Assembly: GCA_965247085.1 (NCBI GenBank)
Contig: OZ251999.1
Coordinates: 4,608,859-4,672,858, forward strand
DNA: 64,000 nucleotides
Source: Ferruginibacter sp.
GTDB lineage: Bacteria; Bacteroidota; Bacteroidia; Chitinophagales; Chitinophagaceae
Direction of reading: 5' to 3'
Shown: positions 63,950 through 64,000 of the stretch, piece by piece
Layout: each line of letters begins with the position of its first letter
How positions within the stretch are numbered: the first letter of the stretch is position 1
The notes under the pieces: generated by a model
What the model was told of the DNA's origin: nothing
Databases searched by the model: none
What the model saw: only the letters and a program-made list of their open reading frames with translations
Made by a program: the position numbers and the translations under genes

Positions 63950-64000
63950 CAGGTGCCACCTATTTTTTTTACATATTTACATTTATAAAACACATCTTAC

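Noticed and set aside
1-64000. A search by eye for tRNA, rRNA, tmRNA, CRISPR arrays, transposases, integrases, toxin-antitoxin pairs and intact defence systems.
   Set aside because: I found none. No cloverleaf-like or rRNA-like segments appear in the intergenic regions. I saw no DDE or tyrosine/serine recombinase motifs in any ORF. The only defence-related trace is the truncated MmeI-like fragment.

Overview
This window looks like a Bacteroidota chromosome segment, possibly Chitinophagia or Sphingobacteriia. The taxon call is inferred from gene content: T9SS C-terminal sorting domains, a UpxY-type antiterminator, many HisKA_3/NarL two-component pairs and an rplM-rpsI-rpsB-tsf block. I found no tRNA, rRNA, CRISPR array, transposase or integrase.

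Layout:
- (1) 2-15509, + strand: a tightly packed operon-like surface-polymer decoration locus. It has three acyl/peptidyl carrier proteins, three different loading enzymes (FkbH-like, DltA-like, acyl-CoA-ligase-like), two complete ACP-MBOAT-DltD-like sets, and GNAT, NadE-like, SnoaL-like, HemK-like and AsnB-like enzymes.
- (2) 15675-22595, - strand, convergent on (1): a UpxY antiterminator followed by two paralogous right-handed beta-helix proteins. One is fused in frame to a PnuC-like 7-TM module. The other carries seven tandem ~280-bp PKD-like repeats and a T9SS sorting domain.
- (3) 23009-28752, - strand: two paralogous four-gene sensory cassettes, each with a CPxxC-domain protein, a 7-TM protein, a single-TM HisKA_3 kinase and a NarL-type regulator.
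- (4) 28941-32132: an orphan outer-membrane-like protein, a 72-codon remnant of an MmeI-type restriction-modification gene, and a signal-less CHAP/PG-binding lysin.
- (5) 32381-35222: the housekeeping genes rplM, rpsI, rpsB and tsf.
- (6) 36693-41562: a Y_Y_Y propeller HisKA_3 kinase, a NarL-type regulator and two paralogous small membrane proteins. Each is preceded by an 18-nt ATACC-N8-GGTAT palindrome with NarL-like 7-2-7 geometry.
- (7) 41569-51461: an A+T-rich island of paralogous secreted proteins of unknown function. It holds 2 PDZ/Sel1-like proteins, 3 small OM beta-barrels, and WG-repeat and TPR proteins.
- (8) 51539-63930: a TPR-HisKA_3 kinase with its NarL regulator, an ELWxxDGT-repeat T9SS cargo, two unknown secreted proteins, a YdiJ-like FAD/Fe-S oxidoreductase and a SAM methyltransferase.

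The most interesting candidates are the twin Dlt-like modules with an FkbH loader, the beta-helix::PnuC fusion, the duplicated split-sensor cassettes and the palindrome-marked putative regulon. All functional calls rest on motifs read from the ORF translations; no database search was run.
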